DNA of 64,000 bases, from assembly GCF_009914755.1 (NCBI RefSeq), contig NC_060946.1; one strand, written 5' to 3'. Below are positions 60,318 to 64,000 of the stretch, piece by piece. How positions within the stretch are numbered: the stretch's first letter is position 1; each line of letters starts with the position of its first letter. The position numbers were made by a program, and so were the translations under genes. The notes below the pieces were generated by a model, which was given only the letters and a program-made list of their open reading frames with translations, was not told the DNA's origin and did no database searches. This stretch comes from the human T2T-CHM13v2.0 reference genome, Homo sapiens.

Positions 60318-61951
60318 TCACATTATGAACATCAACTATATTGCAGGAATACTTGCAGACAATATAGATTTGGCTTGATTTATATAGAACATATGCTTTC
60401 TGGATAAGTGGCTGATAAAAGCAGGTCTCAATTTCCTGCCAAAACAGTGGGGTATATTATATTTTTAGGTTCTGACTCCCAGTCATTTGAACTTTCAGGA
60501 TCTGTTTGGAGACAACAAGCAGCAGTCTAATGAACTATATTCGTTGGACTTTTTACTCAGGGATGAGTAAAAAATGTCATTTGGTCCACTAACCATTTGT
60601 CCATTGAGAAACATGACTACACATGACATGAAATTTAAAGAAAACAATTCACTGGGGCTCTCAATGTATTCTGGATTGCCTCTGTATTATTTTAAAATCT
60701 TTGCCACATTAGAATTAGCACCATATCCACACTCCCCTCATTTTTCTTGCTTCCATTTAGTTCTATACTTTTGAAACTGCCCACTTAAAAGGTTTACTCT
60801 TGTCCTTGCTTCTTCATGCCAGCTGGCTCCTACTCAGCAGTATCCTGGGTTGGTATGTTGGCTACCACCCTTGAAAGATATTCTAAAAGGTCACTATTTT
60901 CATTTATGCTAATTACCTGGGGAGAGACAGATGAATGGAAACGCAACTTTGACAGTGCATAAACATGTTTCCAAGACCTATGCTCTAAAATATTATATAA
61001 TCGGGTTTTCCCAAGTAATGTGTACTCTATGGTTGGAGGAAAGGGGAACAAAAGAAATGTGAAGGTGAGAGAAGGGAATAGAGGAAACTAGGAAGCTCTG
61101 ATGGTCCGAAGCAGAAGGAAAGGCATTCTGAAAAACAGTTCAGAGGAGCTTCAGACTGCATAACCTCAATATGCAACAATGGAAATACAGGGAAATGGTG
61201 AAGTCCTGGGTACAGAAATTATGAAACTAAAATAAAGGCTGTTCAAGGTAGAAACTGGGAAAAGACTTATTATGTGCTGCAGATGGAGGTCAAGATCCAA
61301 ATGGTCAGGTCTTAAGAATATATCAGACTAGCTTAATCTGAGCTGTTCTTATTCAAGGGCTTTGGTGTAAGATGACAAGGCATGGTCTCACTTTTCCTAG
61401 CCACATGGAAAGGAATACCATCAAACTCAAAGCAAAAAAGGAATTGGGATCCAGTAAGCTCAAAAGAGGCACTGACAAAAAATGGCTGAGGGTTCAGAGT
61501 TGGCTCAGGTTCCAAGAGAAACTAGAGTGCCACCATGCACCAAGGCAAGAAGACCAGGTGAGTAGACTAGCCAATTTAATAAGGGTAATGTTTAACCCCT
61601 GGTACATGGGTAATGAGGTATCGAATTATTTGAAAAACCAGCTGACTACTGGCGAGGCAAGCTCCTTAACATAAGGTCAGATTAAACTCTCTAATTTAGA
61701 GCACAGAGATTCAAATTTGTAAAACCTCTGTATCCATAGCTGGGCAGGGCAAGGGTAGGCAAAGAATGACAATTTTAAGCAAGATGATGCTAGAGTTCAA
61801 ATCAGTTCAGCATCTACCAAATCCTGACAAGTAAGTGCCCAGCACTGTACCAAGTGCTGCCTTTGAAGAGTTTACATAGCTAGAATGGCCTGTCCATTAC
61901 TGGGGTTGCTCTTAGAATTCGACATGTTAATGACTGTAAAATGCTTGGTAT

Positions 61952-62732
61952 TGAAACAGGAAAGGTTCTCTTGTTCCCCCTTGCTTCTTCAGTGCCCCGT
62001 TGCTCAAACCTCTAGGGGAGTATATAGACGGGCAGGCTGTGGGGCTCCGACCCCATGACAGTGTCTAGGGGTGAGAGTTTACAGCTCCTGAAGCCCCAGT
62101 GGGCATGTGTTATAGGGTGCTCTTTTAGTTTGCCGTCTATAGGCGACTTGTGTTAATCAGCTCAATCAGACCCTCTACCTTGTTGCAAGGACAGAGGGCT
62201 TTCTGTATCCCGGGTTCTTGCTTTGGTGTACCAGAAGAATTGGATCATACGTGGACTTGGACAATGAGTGCAAAGTTTTATTGAGTGGAAGGATTTTTCC
62301 ACCAATGTGGGAGCCAGAAGGGAGATGGTTTAGCCCTAGAGTTCGGCTGCTCAGTGGCCTCGGCTCTCCTCCGACTGCCCCAGCCAAACTCCGCCTTGTC
62401 CCACCCGTCAATGGCCTGCCAGGGTGCTGACGTCTGTCGGTGTGCTCTTCTGCCGGCTTGCTCCCTTGACGTCCTCCCACCATCCAGCTGCTTGTATCTT
62501 CTTCAGCTGGTGTTCGTCTCTTGACATCTGGCTGCCTGTATGTCTGCCCGCTAGGGTCTCGGGTTTTTATAGGCCCAGGATGGGGGGCATGGCAGGCCAG
62601 GATGGTCTTGAAAAATGCAACACTTGGGCATGAAAGCTGGAGTGCCTCTACTCACCTAGGTCCATAGGAGTGGAGCCCTAGCCAGGGGTCACCTTTCTCT
62701 ATCCAGCACTTCCCTGACCCCCTCCCGTAGCA
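61952..62732 (-). mobile_element. Solo ERV1 LTR (LTR1/LTR27/LTR28/MER52-related)
   Basis: TG...CA termini; 4-bp TSD GTAT (61948-61951 and 62733-62736); minus-strand TATAAAAA at 62564-62571 and AATAAA at 62277-62282. Confidence 0.85.
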
Positions 62733-62902
62733 GTATTAAGCCTGGCAAATAGTCGGCATTCAAAAATCAGTAGCTGATAATCAGCAACTTTATAATTATC
62801 ACCACCATTATCTCAATACCCATTACCACACTGCAGAGATTAGAGAGTTTTAATTCTAAAAGAAACAGCTTTAAACTGCAAAATTTGTTACTGAATTGGT
62901 TG

Positions 62903-63183
62903 TTTCTTTTTTCTTTTTTTTGAGACACAGTCTTGCTGTCACCTAGTGCAGTGGCATGATCTCGGCTCACTGCAACCTTCGCCTCCCCAGTTCAAGCAAT
63001 TCTCATGCCTTGGCCTCCCATGTATCTGGGATTACAGGTGTGTACCACCACGCCCAGCTGATTTTTGCATTTTTTGTAGAAACGGGGTCTCGTCATGTTG
63101 GCCAGGCTGGTCTCGAGCTCCTGACTTCAAGCAATCCACCCACCTCCCAAAGTGCTGAGATTACAGGCCACCACACCCGACCC
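62903..63183 (-). mobile_element. AluS
   Basis: Reverse Alu; TSD about ctgaat(t/g)ggttgtttctt. Confidence 0.9.
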
Positions 63184-63465
63184 TGAATGGGTTGTTTCTT
63201 AAGACTATGCCCAGCAGGCTAAGGATTTATACTAATGCTAGGGCAAGACTTCACCCCACTCATAGCGTAGTTCCTACAATAGTACTAGTGACAATGTTTC
63301 TGACAAACTTTCTCAATCAGTCATGCAAATATTAGTATCAACACAGTCTCCCATGCATGTCACCCCAATTTTTTACATCCTGTGAGTCAACTCTGTAGTT
63401 TGTTGTTGATATTCACAAAAGGAGAAAAGCCACTGCCACTGAGACTGCAGAACAACTAGATAAAA

Positions 63466-63736
63466 GTCTCACTTTGTTGCCTAGGTTGGAGTACAGTGGC
63501 AGGATCTTGGCTCACCGCAACTTCTGCCTCCCTGGTTGAAATGGTTATCATGCCTCAGTCTCTCATGTAGCTGGGATTACGGACAGGTGTCACCACGCCC
63601 AGCTAATTTTTTTTGTTATTTTTAGTAGAAGCAAGGTTTCTCCATATTACCCAGGTTGGTCTCGAACTCCTGGCCTCAAGTGCTCCACCCACCTCCCAGA
63701 GTGCTGGGATTACAAGAGTGAGCCATGGCGCCCGGC
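63466..63736 (-). mobile_element. Alu (J/S), tail-less
   Basis: Reverse Alu dimer. Confidence 0.85.
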
Positions 63737-64000
63737 CATAACTACTTCCAAATGTCACAGATCAAAAGGGAGAAATTGGAAGGGATAGCACAAGGTCTTT
63801 CTTTCCCTGAAGAGTAAAAAATACACGACTGTCATCTCATCAATTCATACTTATTAACTGCCCATATGATGAATTAGATGCTTTAGTAAAGGCATACATG
63901 AAAAGCAGTATCACTAGTCTCCTCACAATTCTAAGAAATAATGCTGTGAGGAAACCTGCCTAGCGAAAGGCAGTAGACTACAGGAAAAGAAATCAAACAC

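Overview
Human (primate) genomic DNA, AT-rich and repeat-dense, inside the RBFOX2 gene on the minus strand (22q12.3 by recall). The only host coding sequence is an alternative first exon encoding MEKKKMVTQ (29939-29965, minus, donor CAG|GTAAG), within an Alu-free island of about 9 kb. The next shared exon (GNQEPTTTPDAMVQPF...) was not found and should lie left of the window. About 1.5 kb downstream, in the same orientation, is a full-length RPL41 retrocopy with an intact 25-aa ORF, poly(A) tail and 15-bp TSDs. Its 5' junction forms a plausible in-frame splice acceptor. A candidate 120-nt stop-containing exon lies at 26067-26186. The rest is intronic: about 37 Alus (29 plus, 8 minus), old L1/L2/CR1/MIR, MaLR/ERVL/ERV1 LTRs, Tigger and hAT MITEs, and microsatellites. 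No RNA genes, CRISPR arrays or demonstrably new system were found; the top findings are testable hypotheses. Repeat boundaries and subfamilies were assigned by eye and are approximate.
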